A stretch of 64,000 nucleotides of DNA from Squalus acanthias (Eukaryota). Both the position numbers and the translations under genes were made by a program. Below are positions 1 to 12,200 of the stretch, one piece after another (position 1 is the stretch's first letter; each line of letters opens with the position of its first letter). The notes under the pieces are model-generated. The model had not been told where the DNA came from. It saw nothing but the letters and a program-made list of their open reading frames with translations, and made no database searches. The stretch is from contig CM059438.1 of assembly GCA_030390025.1 (NCBI GenBank), positions 20,522,001 to 20,586,000 of the forward strand, written 5' to 3'.

Positions 1-77
1 GTTGGATTGAAAGTGTCAAAGGCTGGTGTTGTGAGGGACAAGTGGAAGGACAGAGGACAAAAAGGTGATGACCTTAC

Positions 78-240
78 CATTGCTGTCCAGAACGGGGTCG
101 GCGTCTCCAGTGGCGACGGGACCGATCACCCGGCTTACCACAATCCTGTGGACGCGCTCCTCAAGATCGCTGAGGGGTTGCAGCTGAGGCCGCCCTCCAC
201 CTGTCCGTTGCTGCTGTCTCCGATTATGCGCCAGCTTGGC
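78..240 (-). CDS. Myb/SANT-like protein, exon 2
   Basis: Acceptor ttcttacag|GCC, in frame with exon 1: AKLAHNRRQQQRTGGGRPQLQPLSDLEERV..., with the RTGGG motif typical of this family. Donor G|gtaagg. Confidence 0.75.
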
Positions 241-274
241 CTGTAAGAAAAAGGACAGCATCTGAGTAAATATA

Positions 275-438
275 CAGCCACGGTCTTGCCTGATGTGCCT
301 CCCATAGGTGAATAGCCCTTACTGTATGCAGCCATGGTCTTGCCTGATGTGCCTCCCATAGGTGAATAGCCCTTACTGTATGCAGCCATGGTCTTGCCTG
401 ATGTGCCTCCCATAGGTGAATAGCCCTTACTGTATGCA
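275..438. repeat. 54-bp tandem repeat, 3 copies, in the Myb/SANT intron
   Basis: Unit cagccayggtcttgcctgatgtgcctcccataggtgaatagcccttactgtatg starts at 275, 329 and 383. Confidence 0.95.
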
Positions 439-578
439 AAGTGTGGAATGTGTGTGTGTGTTTCATGAAAGGGCCATAGGTGTTGGATGAGTGTTGTGCA
501 TTGGGGTTTTAAGACCCTCTGGCCATAGAGTGAGGTTGAGATGGAGGGATGGAGAGCTATTGAGAAAAAGCCACTCAC

Positions 579-815
579 CCTGACGACCCGAGTGAGGTCG
601 TTGAACTTTTTGCGGCATTGAGTATGGGTCCTGGGCACCATGCTCCTGGAGGAGACGCTCTGAGCCACCTCCCTCCACACTCTTCTGAACTCGCGTGGCA
701 AAGGCCTCCTGCCACTCTCAGGGAAGAGCATACATCTTCTGCGCTCCACCGCGCCAACCAGAGCATCCAAGGCCCGCTCGGTGAAGCGATGAGCGCGTTC
801 TCTCACCCTCTCCAT
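579..815 (-). CDS. Myb/SANT-like DNA-binding protein (Harbinger accessory ORF, MSANTD/NAIF1-like), exon 1
   Basis: MERVRERAHRFTERALDALVGAVERRR...WREVAQSVSSRSMVPRTHTQCRKKFNDLTRVVR is a trihelix Myb/SANT pattern. 79 codons, then donor AGG|gtgagt. Confidence 0.8.
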
Positions 816-2204
816 CCTTGGCAGCAAAATGGATTCACAGGTCTCTCCAGGCCGAGATTCAAGGCTGCAATGAGCAGGGTGTGGCTGGGGAGCAAGTTGG
901 CCCCCCCCGCTTTAAGAAGTGGCCGGCGCCAGTGTGTCTGTGTTCCCTCGCTAACTGGCAGCAGCTGCGCTGCGCTCGCGCGCTGAGTTAGCGCCTCACT
1001 GCTCGGCCTTTGCGCCTTAAGACAGGTGTGCAGCGCCTGATTTAGCGCTCCACTCACCTCCCGGGGCGGTAAAAGTGAAGTTTCCAGTCAGTGCCGATAA
1101 TTAGCGCCAGGCGCTAATATTTGCGTCCAGATGATATTTGCGCCCCAAATGGGGCGCGACCTAATTTTTCCCCCTAAGTCTCTATGGGTATTAATTTCCC
1201 TTAAAATGATCCCTTTTCTTTTCTCTCCCGGGAGAAATAAAAAAGGCATCAAAAGCTCTGCTGTACCTTGCCCAAACAACCAATCTGCATTTGTGATTAC
1301 TGGTGGGTCAGTTAACCAAGAGAACCATCACAGCTTAGCCTAGCAATGTTCTCACCTGATGGCCATTGTTACAAATCTCCGGCCTGCCTTGGATAGTCCG
1401 TTGGACGAGTGTTGCCAGTGACTCTTGTGAGCGGACCTGCATCACCTACGATCAGGAGTTTACTTTTGCTACCCAATATCTAGACCTAGGATAGAGTAAT
1501 TCGGAGGGGTGTAACAATGAGACCACCTTGTTATACGAGCTGGCTAGGGTGATCCTTACATGGTCCTGATTGTTATTTGGCACAGTCATTCGAGCCGGGT
1601 GGGTGGGATGGATTTGGCATTGCACTGAGGAGCAGGCCCCTCATCTTTGCCACCTCTGCTCCTGACCACGCCTCAGCATGTCCTGTGATCAGCATGGAAC
1701 ACACCATTGACAGCAGTGAGGTGGTGTGCAAGCCTGCCTCTAGAGTTCCTCAATCCAATCCCCCTGGCATGTTGAATCCAGATGGGAGACTCCTGTACAG
1801 TAGAGCCCAGCCACAGAACCCATGAGAGAAACTGCAGCGGGCTTCGAACCTTGGCCAATGGGGCGTTCTGCAGTAGATGGTCATGGAGATGCCACAAGTC
1901 CTACACTGGACTGCAGTTCCATTAAGCAGTCATGAACCCCTGCACAGATGCAGCTAGTGGACTCTTCTACAGTTTCCAACAGACATTGCAAGGTGACTGG
2001 TACACCCTTAAACGGCTGAATGAAATGGTTATGCTCAGATGTGAGGCTTCTTTTACCTTCAGGCGATCTGTTCTACCAGATTATTGCCCAGGAGACAAAG
2101 CTGAAAATTTACCCCATGGAATGGTGGGGATAAACGGCTTGTTTTTGGACTTTGAACTAATAATTCATGAACATTAAGGTACAAATGCCCAACGTGTTTG
2201 TCCG

Positions 2205-2510
2205 AAATGAGCTTCTGAGCCAATATCATTCCTCACCACTGCAGTGATCTCATCCATTATTAACAGAGCCACCCCACCTCCTTTTCCTTTCTGCCTATCC
2301 TTCCGAAATGTCAAATACCCCTGAATATTCAGTTCCCAGCCTTGGTCACCTTGCAACCACGCCTCTGTAATGGCTATCAGATCATGCCCATTTATTTCTA
2401 TTTGTGCCGTCAACTCATCTATCTTGTTATGAATGCTGCGTGCATTCAGATAAAGAGCCTTTAATTTTATCTTAAAATTTTTCCTTACTCTGACTCTATT
2501 TTCTGGTGCA
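2205..2510 (-). mobile_element. CR1 LINE fragment, APE endonuclease N-terminus
   Basis: LYLNARSIHNKIDEL...DLIAITEAWL...FRKDRQKGKGGGVALLI. Confidence 0.85.
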
Positions 2511-3229
2511 GATGTCATTCTCCCCACCTGATCTTTATCTCTGTGTTGCAACCAGGAACTAAAGACAAAAGTAATTATCATGAGTGTGGGAAAGACGGAG
2601 AGATTATATGTGAGTGAAAGCCTGTATATAATTGTGGAGAGGGGAATGTGTGATAAGGTGTGATCGAGTCAGATGCTGCATCCCAGTTAAACAAGACTAC
2701 TGCTTCCAAATGATCAATTTTATAATTTGGTGAATTCACAGAATGGGTTTTGTGTTTGTTTGAACAAATACAAACAGATATGGAGAATACACAACACAAT
2801 CAAGATGAAAGTAAATGACTAAATAGCTTGGGAAGAGTGTGGGACTGAATTATGTCATAAACATGTGTGTTTGTAAAAAGTTATAAAAAGGTACAATTAA
2901 ATAGTGTAATAACATTGTGCAGATACAAACACGTGAGGCTATCTTCTTAGGTAACGGCGCTATGTAAAGAGAAAAACGCCACCCCAGTGCTCTCTAAAAA
3001 TACCCTCTCCAACTTCCATCTACCGCTGTTCTGGCTTCTACTTGCCACAACATCGCTGCTGCTATTGACCTGTTCAGCAACTCTTTTGTTCACGTGGAAC
3101 TCTACATTTCACCTCCCCTCACATGCTGCAACGCATGCTAGCCCTCTGAAGGCTTACATCCCATGCTCATGCTCTATTCCTGCTACTATTATTACCCTCC
3201 ATACTGACAGAATGTTATAACAGAAATCT

Positions 3230-3984
3230 GGGCCCCGATATTTACGGGGAGGGTGCGGGTAAGGCGGAGAACGATCGAAGAACCCAGCGAGGCCGGGGAC
3301 GCGGAGGTCCTGCTGAACTTAACGGCGGTACCTCATTAACATATTTAGCTCCATTTCCCGCCCGGCAACCGGCCAAATGGACAGGCTGACCGGTGGCCGA
3401 GAGGGAACACAAGCGGCAGGAGGACGCAGCAGCCGGGGCCCCTTGGGGACGGTCCCTGGCAATCGGGAGAGGGAGGAGAGGCCGGGATCGGGATGGGTGA
3501 GAGTGGTCGGCATTCGGGAGTGGGGAGAGAGGCTGAGATCGGGAGTGGGGAGAGGTGTTGTCAGTCGCGAGGGCTGGGCGGGGGAGGCTGGCGCTCAGGG
3601 CTGGGGAGTCTGAAGACTTCCTTGATAGTCCAAGGGGAGCACTTCTGCTCCTCCAGGCCCACAAGGAGTGCTGAAAAAGGCACTTATCTTGTGGAGCCAG
3701 CAGCTCCCGCCTCCCTTTCACTGCTGGGTTTCCCGATCCCTGGGAAAGCCACGCTGCAATTCAATTTTAAATTCGACTCCCAATTGCACTGTGGGAGCCT
3801 GATTTAAATATGTTCATTAAGTACCCTGCCTCTCCATGGCAGGACACTTGGACACCCAGATATCCACTGCCATAAAAAAGGCGGCGTGCGCTGTGTGGCG
3901 TGTTATGGACGCGTTTCCCGTATTTAACTCCTTAACACCTCCGACCCTTTCCTGCCTGTCATGCGGGAGTTAATATTGAGGCCC
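3230..3984. mobile_element. Harbinger-like non-autonomous element (MITE)
   Basis: Imperfect terminal inverted repeats gggccccgatattta ... taatattgaggccc around a GC-rich interior. TSD not conserved. Confidence 0.55.
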
Positions 3985-4920
3985 TGGGGATTGCTGCAAC
4001 CAATTCACACCATGCATTCCTCCTGTAGGTGGATGAGCCAACTTAACATCAGCAAGATCAAAGTCATGGGCCTGAATTTCCTCTGTTTTAGAACTTAGGC
4101 TGTTATTACACCAGCATTGCACTAAAAAAGATCAAGGAAACTCGCGTTTAGCGCATTACGCGTTTATGCCCCATTGATGTGCCGGATGCGAGTTTCCTCG
4201 ATCCTTTTGGCAGCTTTGATGTTCCAACCGCCCAAGGCCTATGGGGCTCACTTCACTAGGAGCACCTTTCACCCAGTACAGCTGTGGCCAGCATATCCTA
4301 ATCTTACTCCACTACTGCACTGTGGGAAAGTTAGACCCATATAAAACAGGCACAGCTGCTCCCCCAGTCTCCAAACTTTACTTGTTGACTTCTGGCTTCA
4401 TAGACACTTTTTCAACCCATTTTTTCCCCACAGTTTTTCTCACTGAGACTTGCACTTTGACCCCCCCCCCCGCCCCACCACCAGTGCTAAAGTCTCCACC
4501 CCACCTCTACATTTTTTTAACCAACAACTCTCCAACATAATCAGAATTACTTTGGAGTATGGCATTCCCCATGGGCATAGCTCTCTATGCCATCCTTATG
4601 GGGAGGAGGAGGAGGAATAGCAACACATCGGTGCTAGGCGAATAAAGTGCCAAGGCCACTTCTGTTAACCTTTTTTGTTCCCTAGTCTCTCTGGTCTCTC
4701 CTCATAACTAAAGCCTCTCATCCCTGATGTCACCTTAGTGAGTATCTACTGCACTCTCGCCATGGCCTTGACAGCATTCCTAAAGTAGGGGATCCAAAAT
4801 AGACACAATTTCCTCGGGGCGTCTCCTGATCGGCTGCTGTAACTTCGGTAGATGATCGGTTGAAACTCCAGATAAAACGCATGAACTGAACTTATAGCGG
4901 ATAAAATTTCCGCCGAATAT

Positions 4921-5260
4921 TAGAAACATAGAAACATAGAAGATAGGAGCAGGAGTAGGCCATTCGGCCCCTCGAGCCTGCTCCGCCATTTAATGAGATC
5001 ATGGCTGATCATCCAAATTCAGTACCCTGTCCCTGCTTTCTCCCCATACCCCTTGATCCCCTTAGCCTTAAGAAATATATCTAACTCCTTCTTGAATATA
5101 TTTAATGAATTGGCCTCAACTGCCTTCTGTGGTAGAGAATTCCACAGGTTCACCACTCTCTGGGTGAAGAAATTCCTCCTTATCTCAGTCCTAAATGGCT
5201 TACCCCTTATCCTTAGACTGTGACCCCTGGTTCTGGACTCCCCCACCATCGGGAATATTC
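4921..5260 (-). mobile_element. CR1 LINE 3' end
   Basis: RTRGHSLRIRGKPFRTEIRRNFFTQRVVNLWNSLP on the minus strand, with an 8-mer tandem tail (tagaaaca)n. Confidence 0.9.
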
Positions 5261-5397
5261 TAACTTTGACTTAACCAATGATTTGTTTAGGTTTAGTACT
5301 TACCTCATTTATGTTTGTATTCAATACCCCTATTTATAAAACATGTCATATGCTTTTTGTAACACCTTTATCAACTTCTCCTCCACTTTGTTTAATG

Positions 5398-5474
5398 TGA
5401 GAAGTCGCACAACACCAGGTTATAGTCCAACAGCTTTATTTGAAATCACAAGCTTTCGGAGCGCTGCTCCTTCG
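5398..5474 (-). mobile_element. Short Penelope-type insert with a truncated hammerhead motif
   Basis: Flanked by direct repeat TTTGTTTAATG (5387-5397, 5475-5485). Minus strand reads (a)cgaaggagcagcgctccgaaagcttgtg. Confidence 0.6.
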
Positions 5475-6144
5475 TTTGTTTAATGGCCAAGAAATTGGAC
5501 CATGCCTGATCCCGGTGCAGTGCATGCTGCACGTGCCTAATGAGGCTGGTGGACCAAGTTGTCACGGTCCTGCCTCCGGTTCTTTGAACTAGGTCAAATG
5601 AACTGCATTATGATGTTATACACAGCATAGAAGTAGCGTGACATTGTGATGCAGCTTTTTAAGCAAAGTTTAAATAGCAGTACAGCAGAAATTTTGCTGA
5701 CACTATACTGGTCAGCAGAAAATAATATTGCAAATATAATATAGAATAAAAACAAGCTGCATGCTGGAGAGCAGGTGACTTCACTTGATTAAATAAAGTT
5801 AAACTACACATGTTAGCAGGTCTGAGGTCTATTTTGATTAACCAGGACATGCAAGTTTAAAGGGTTAATTGTCTTTTTTTTAAAAAGCAATGACAAGGTG
5901 TTCGTATTCACAGATAATAAAACTAAGCTATCTTGGCCAAAGTCCAATGTGGACATCATCTAAGAATACAATAAAATACCATTTGTGATATTTCCACGGC
6001 TATGTTTGATATTAACAAACATTGCAATTTGCACTATGAGTTTATCAGGTGCTATTTTGAAAGTATATACATTTAACAATGAATAACAAATTATATGACT
6101 TGATTTTATAGAAGCTTATGACACACCCATCCCACCAGTTTGGG

Positions 6145-6150
6145 TATAAA
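6145..6150 (+). promoter_or_regulatory. TATA box of the SMB-CUB-ZP gene
   Basis: TATAAA lies 44 nt upstream of a strong-context ATG (aaaATGG) that opens a signal-peptide exon. CACACCC box at 6122-6128. Confidence 0.6.
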
Positions 6151-6188
6151 TGAAAGGTGTTGTTCATAGCCTAGCACCACATGAGAAA

Positions 6189-6258
6189 ATGGCATCCAAA
6201 GCAAGAGTTCTTTTACATGTCTTTCTCATTACTTTTACTTTCCATGTCAAGAGCTACG
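6189..6258 (+). CDS. Exon 1, signal peptide
   Basis: MASKARVLLHVFLITFTFHVKSY: basic N-terminus plus hydrophobic core. Donor G|gtaagc, phase 1, matching the downstream exons. Confidence 0.8.
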
Positions 6259-9200
6259 GTAAGCGAGGGAGTACTTGTTATTAATATGTTAAATGTCGCA
6301 TTGTTCAAAAGTGATACTGATAAATTACTATCTTAAATGATTGAATTGAAGGAAGGACAGTTCATGTCATTATGAGTTTGGTCATTTGAGCATGTTTAGC
6401 CTCTTAAAAAGTGATAAGTTAAAAGTGAAGAACAAAAAAATATATGGTTTCACACTTTGATTTGCATCAGTGTCGTCATGTTTTTGAGAGATAAAAGTAG
6501 AAATGACATAGAACTGAATAGTAAGAGTGAAGTGGAGAGTTCTGTGTTCAGGCTCTCAGTAAGAAAGCAGCTCTCCAGCTCTTTCGAATTCTCTTTTTAC
6601 GACATTAGAAGATCAAATTAACCAAGCTCTGCTGGCAGCACAAAAGCTGACTGGTGGTGAGCATGGTTCGTACAATCAGGCTCATGTGCCCAAATCACAG
6701 CAAACTCGATTTTCCAAGCTAGGACTTTGGGGTGAGCAAACGAGCCCACCTCAGGTATTTATAAACCTAATTTAAATTTAAATTTTATGTATATTCGGTC
6801 TCACGCAGATTTCACAAATTCCAGCAAGGCACCTCACCCATACAAAAAGGGATGACAACTGATAAATAGGTCTGGCCGACTTTTGAGTGCTTTTTAGAGA
6901 AAGTTTGGTGTTGTTTCAGTTGCTGTTGAAGTCTAGTTTTTTGGCAGTGAGCATTTATCTACTTATGCATTAAACATCCTGCACATTTTATTTCCTTCTG
7001 TATTTCTTCCTTTTTGCTGAAGCCTTCAGTTTGTTAAGCCATACTTTCCTAAATTCTTGCCAATTGCTGCTGAGTACAGTCCTTCTTCCTTCATCCTCAC
7101 TGTGTTGAACTCGAGGACTCCTTGCACATATTCTAATTCATTTTTCCCGGAACCTCAAAACTGTGGCACGCCTAATCTCCTTCAATATTTCCTTCCTTTT
7201 GCAATTTTTAGCATTTTATCACGCAAGCTTGGTAACAGTTGAATCATTACTTCCAGAGATGTTTTCCCTTCTACTCTTTCCAACACTGGCAGCATCCTGT
7301 ATTATAGACGTTGGTGGTTCACCTAGTTTTCACATGGTTAAACTGTGTGCCTTACATCATACAGGATATGGTTTGATGATGATTTAGTAATGATGGTAAG
7401 TATTTTTGTTGTCTGAGATGATTATCAGGCCTGCTCTCCCCGGGCCTGGCAATCATCCACCAACATCTCCGGGATCTTTGCGCGTGCGGTGTGGTGCCGG
7501 GGGTTTGTGCAGCTCCTCTTGCCCACTATCCATGACCCCGTGAACTTTAGCAGAGTCAGCGGCAGATTTCAGTGGTGGGGATGCAATCTCAGCGAAACTG
7601 CAGGATATCCCCTTCTTGAGGGATGTGCCGCCATTGTTTATTCCTTAATGCTTCTCAAAAGGATTATGCAAAGTTTCAGGCTTGAATAGTTATGGGAAAT
7701 ATTAATTATGGATTTGTTTTCATTATTTTGACTGGCTCTACTAGAGCAAATAGACCAACAGGTACTAAAAATGTCTTCAAATTAATGTTAAGTACCTTCC
7801 AGTCTGCCGATTGCATTTTCAGCATTGTTGGTGGGCACAACCCAAGTGGAACAGGCGGTTATCACCGCACCACGACATTTCCTGTTCACTTTTCTTTCTG
7901 TAATGCTGTTCAAAAAGATTGTGCGAAGTTTGAGGCCTGAACAGGTATCAAAAATATTCTGTTTAATAATGCATTTATTTTTTATTATTTTGACAGACAC
8001 TACTGAACCATCACCGGGTACAACAGGTACAGAAAATGTCCTGAAAAATATATTGATCCACATTAGAATGATAAAAGTTCATGACATTTATTTCAGAATT
8101 GAAATCTGCAAAATTGTTTGCAATAAAATGAATTTCAGATCTAACCTAACATTTACTGTATAACAGGATACGGCTCATGCAGATACAACTGTGGGGGATA
8201 TTCATCAGGTTGTTCCTGTGATTACGACTGTGCTTATTATGGCAGCTGTTGCTCTGACTTCTGTGACCACTGTTCTTACATGAATAACGGTAAGAGAACT
8301 TTCAAAAAATAAACTAATATTTAATTGTATTTTAAAGTTAAAACATAAAATGATAAAAAGACTGTCCGAATTACCAATGGGACTTTATTGAAGATTATTG
8401 CTCATATTGAGAATCAGTGTAGCTGAGTCCCGATGATGTGAAATGTTTTTCTGCAGTGTATAATGTAATCCATGAGATTATGGACAGCACCGACCTGACC
8501 TGCACTAATTCGAATGTTAACACAATTCAGTCTGAAATACAGTAACTCAGTTCAATCTTTAGGACATTTGTTTCAACTGCTTTGGAAAGTGTTTGTGTTG
8601 AGGTTAATTCCACAGATAAAGGAGAGAATACCAGTCAGTCCCAGGAGGTAAATGGAGGTCACATATTACTTGGAAAATAAGAATCTAAATTGGATTGTGG
8701 AGCAAAGGGATCTGGCAGTACAAATACACAAATCACTAAAAGTTATGACACACGTCAATAAGGTGTGACATAATGTTACATTCTGAAATATTTATAAAAA
8801 CAGAGCTTTTAAAAATGACCATTGCTGCAATATTTAAGATGATTAATTTTATTCATGTCAATATTCTGCAAAAGTGGGTAAAAGCAAATACATTGTATCT
8901 GGGCAATGGGCAGAGCCGGATTAAGATTCTTGGTGTCCTGGGCATCAAGAACAATCGGAAATCCTCTGCATGTGCCACACAAACCTTCCCTCGCCATCCC
9001 AGCCGATCCATTAAAACACATTTGTGTAGTCAAATAGATGAAAAATTAGGCCCATGGAATGTTTGCACACTGCATTAATAATAAAGCATATAATATTACA
9101 ATATACTACACTTAAATAGAATTACATAGAATATACAGCACAGAAAAAGGCCATTCGGCCCAATCAGTCCATGCCAGGGTTTATACTCCACTTGAGACTC

Positions 9201-12200
9201 CACCCATTCTTCCTCATCTAACTCTATCAGCATAACCCTCGATTCCCGCCTCTCTCATATGCTTATATAGCTTCCACTTAAATGCATCAATACTATTCGC
9301 CTCAACCACTCCCTGTGCTAGCAAGTTCCACATTCTCACCACTCTCTGGGTAAAGACGTTACATCTGAATTCCCTATTTGATTTCTTGGTGACTATCTTA
9401 TATTGATGGCCTCTAGTTTGGCTCTTCCCCACAAGTGGAAACACTCTCTCTGTGTCTACTCTATCAAAACCTTTCTTAATTTAAAAGACCTCTATTAGGT
9501 CACTCCTCAGCCTTCACTTTTCAAGAGAAAAGAGACCCAGCCTGTTCATCCTATCCTGATCGGTATAATCTCACAGTTCTGCTATCATCCTTGTAAATCT
9601 TTTTTGCACCCTCTCCAGTGCCTCCATATCCTTTTTATAATATGGCAACCAGAACTGCACACAGCACTCCGAATGTGGTCTAACCAAGGTTCGATAAAAG
9701 TTTCGCATACTCTCTGTACATTTCAATTCTATCCCTCTAGAAATAAACCCTTGTGGTTGATTTGCTTTTGTTATGACCTTATTAACCTGCGTCACAACTT
9801 CTAGTGATTTGTCTATTTGCACTCCCAGATCCCTTTGCTCCACTCCCCAATTTAGATTCTTATTTTTCATTTAATATGTCACCTCCAATGTTCCCCTTAA
9901 GCTGCAGAGCCGCACAGTTGTCTGGAGGTCCCACGCAGGCCGATCACCGGCTTTTCAACGGGGCATTTCGCGCATGCGTGAAATTTTGAATGGGCCGTAC
10001 AGTCCGTTAAAGGGACCGAGCACGCCCCATTAAAATTAGAGGTAACATTAGTGACCTCCTTATTTTGTTTTTAACTGAAATGTAATAACTCGCACTTACC
10101 TATGTTGAAATTCATTTGCCAATTATATGCCCATTCTTCAAGCTTATTCATGTATTCTTGATATTTATGGCAGTCCTCCTCAGTGTTGACTATCCCTCCC
10201 AATTTGGTGTCGTCTGAAAATTTAGAAATTGTGTTTTTGATTCCGAAGTCTAAATCGTTAATATAAATTGTGAACAACAGTGGTCCCAGCACTGATCCTT
10301 GTGGGACTCCACTTCCCAGCTTCTGCAAGTCTGAATCAAAACTAAGGGACTCACAACTAAATTCTGAATGAAGAATAAGAGCAGAGTTTGGGCTATTAAC
10401 GTAAGGAATAGACTACCACCTAGTTCACTGAATGTGAAGTGTTTCAATCTGAACTGACAGATTCCTGATTTAACAGAGACTGGATAGAGACACGGTTGAG
10501 ATTAAGCAAGGAAGGAGCTGCAACTTGTCCAAACAGATCCTGGGCCCAGACTGAAATGATTCCCTCAAGTTGCTACTTGTTAGTTATGTCATCAAAGATG
10601 AAAGATTTTATCCTAACCATGCTCCAATAAAGATGCTTATTATTCTGCTATAAATAGTAATCAGAAGAATTTTTCCAGCTATTTATTCAATGTCACTAAC
10701 ACATAGACTGGAATTTTCTCTACTTCACCTGCCATCTATTCCATCAACATGGGTACCCCTTATACTGTCTCACCTTGGTCCTCAGAATCCGACCACGATC
10801 AGCCCCAACACCAGGCACACCAGCAGCACAACAACAACACCATCCTTCTCCACAGTCACCTGATGCTGCACAGGATAGAGGGCATCAGCACCAGAGCGCA
10901 TTGCTGCCTGGGTGGCCAGGGATGGCCTCACCATGGCCAGATTTACTTCACTTGATGCTGTACACCCTGGCTGCTACATGATGTGCCAGGTTGGCACCAC
11001 CCCACACCAACACCATAAGTCATCCCTGCAATGCCCAAGCCACTACTTTCACACTCACCACCATTGCGGGGGGTGCCGCTATGTTTCACCATTCACTGCA
11101 ACTCACTAAGCCACTTCCAAAGGTGCACACAAATCTGTCCAAGAACACAAATTGTTGATAATAAAGGTTTCAATGTTTGACAGCACATTAACAGAAACTT
11201 TACATGAACATTGGATAAAAAACCCAAGTGTCTACCCTTGTGTGTTGTTAGTTGGTATGATTGCACTAAGATGAGGGTGCATGTGCGAGGTGGCTAGTGA
11301 GATGGGGATGTGATAATGTAGCTAGAGAGAGAGAGGGATGTTTGGAGGTGCAAGGTAAGTTGGTGTGAGTAAGGATGTGCAGGAGTAGGGTAGGGAAGGC
11401 AGAGTGATGGTGATGTGATGAGTGGCACAGGAGGATGAAGGTTAGTGTGGCTTTGTACTAATGTTTCATGTTCTAATTAGATCATTGAAAGATTTGCGCC
11501 ACTGCACCCAGGTCCTCCGGACGACATTCCTGCTTCTGCCCTCCTGTGCAATGTGCAACTAGGCTGTGTTGATCTCCTGGGGAGGTCTCTTCCACCCATG
11601 GGAAGGGAAGAGGACTTCCCTGTGTGCTGTGACTCCCTCCACAAGCATATGGAGGGAGTCACGGGAGAACCTGGGTGCAGCCGTGCACCTCTGTGCAGTG
11701 ATTGTCAGTGTTTGCAGCACTTCAATGCTGTAGAGCACTGACAGCACAAACGTCAAAAGAAAGTTGGCCCTGGTCCCTTTATGAAACCGGCCAATGATGC
11801 GTCATGATTGACGTCACCAGACCCGCTTCCTCTAATTGGACCGGGAAACGCGCTCAGCGGGCCCAATCAACGTAAGTTCATTTTTGGCAGCAGGATGAAG
11901 ACAGCAGCGAGGCCACGATCCGCCACCAACATCGCCCGCCCTGGACCCGCCGAGTTAAGCGAAATCCTGGCCATAGTGACCAGAGTAAATTTTTGCCTAG
12001 GATGAGTTATTTGGTACAAAAGCCTTTTCTTCTTTACACCATTGTATATTCCAAAACAAATAACTTAGATATGATTTACGTAACCAACAGACAGGTTTGT
12101 GCTACGCAACCTTGGTGCAAAGAAGCAATGGTTTTTATTTTCGTTGCATGAACACTAGATGGAATACTGTGTCCAGTTTTGATCCCCTCACATGATGGGT

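Larger units (their letters stand above)
1..1174 (-). mobile_element. PIF/Harbinger-type DNA transposon, one end, truncated by the window edge
   Basis: Carries a spliced Myb/SANT-like gene. The GC-rich subterminal region ends ...gacctaatttttccccc followed by TAA, which fits a Harbinger terminus and 3-bp target. The other end is not in the window. Confidence 0.65.

Noticed and set aside
135-578. C-terminal part of the 230-aa ORF 135..827 with repeated AYSKGYSPMGGTSGKT
   Set aside because: Read-through of the Myb/SANT intron and its 54-bp tandem repeat; not coding.
1367-1516. TGTTACA...TGTAACA bounded 150-bp segment resembling a solo LTR
   Set aside because: No TSD, no second copy and no internal LTR signals that I can support.
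5860-6130. GATA- and KLF-like motifs suggesting gut-epithelial expression
   Set aside because: Short motifs are expected by chance in AT-rich DNA and there are no conservation data.
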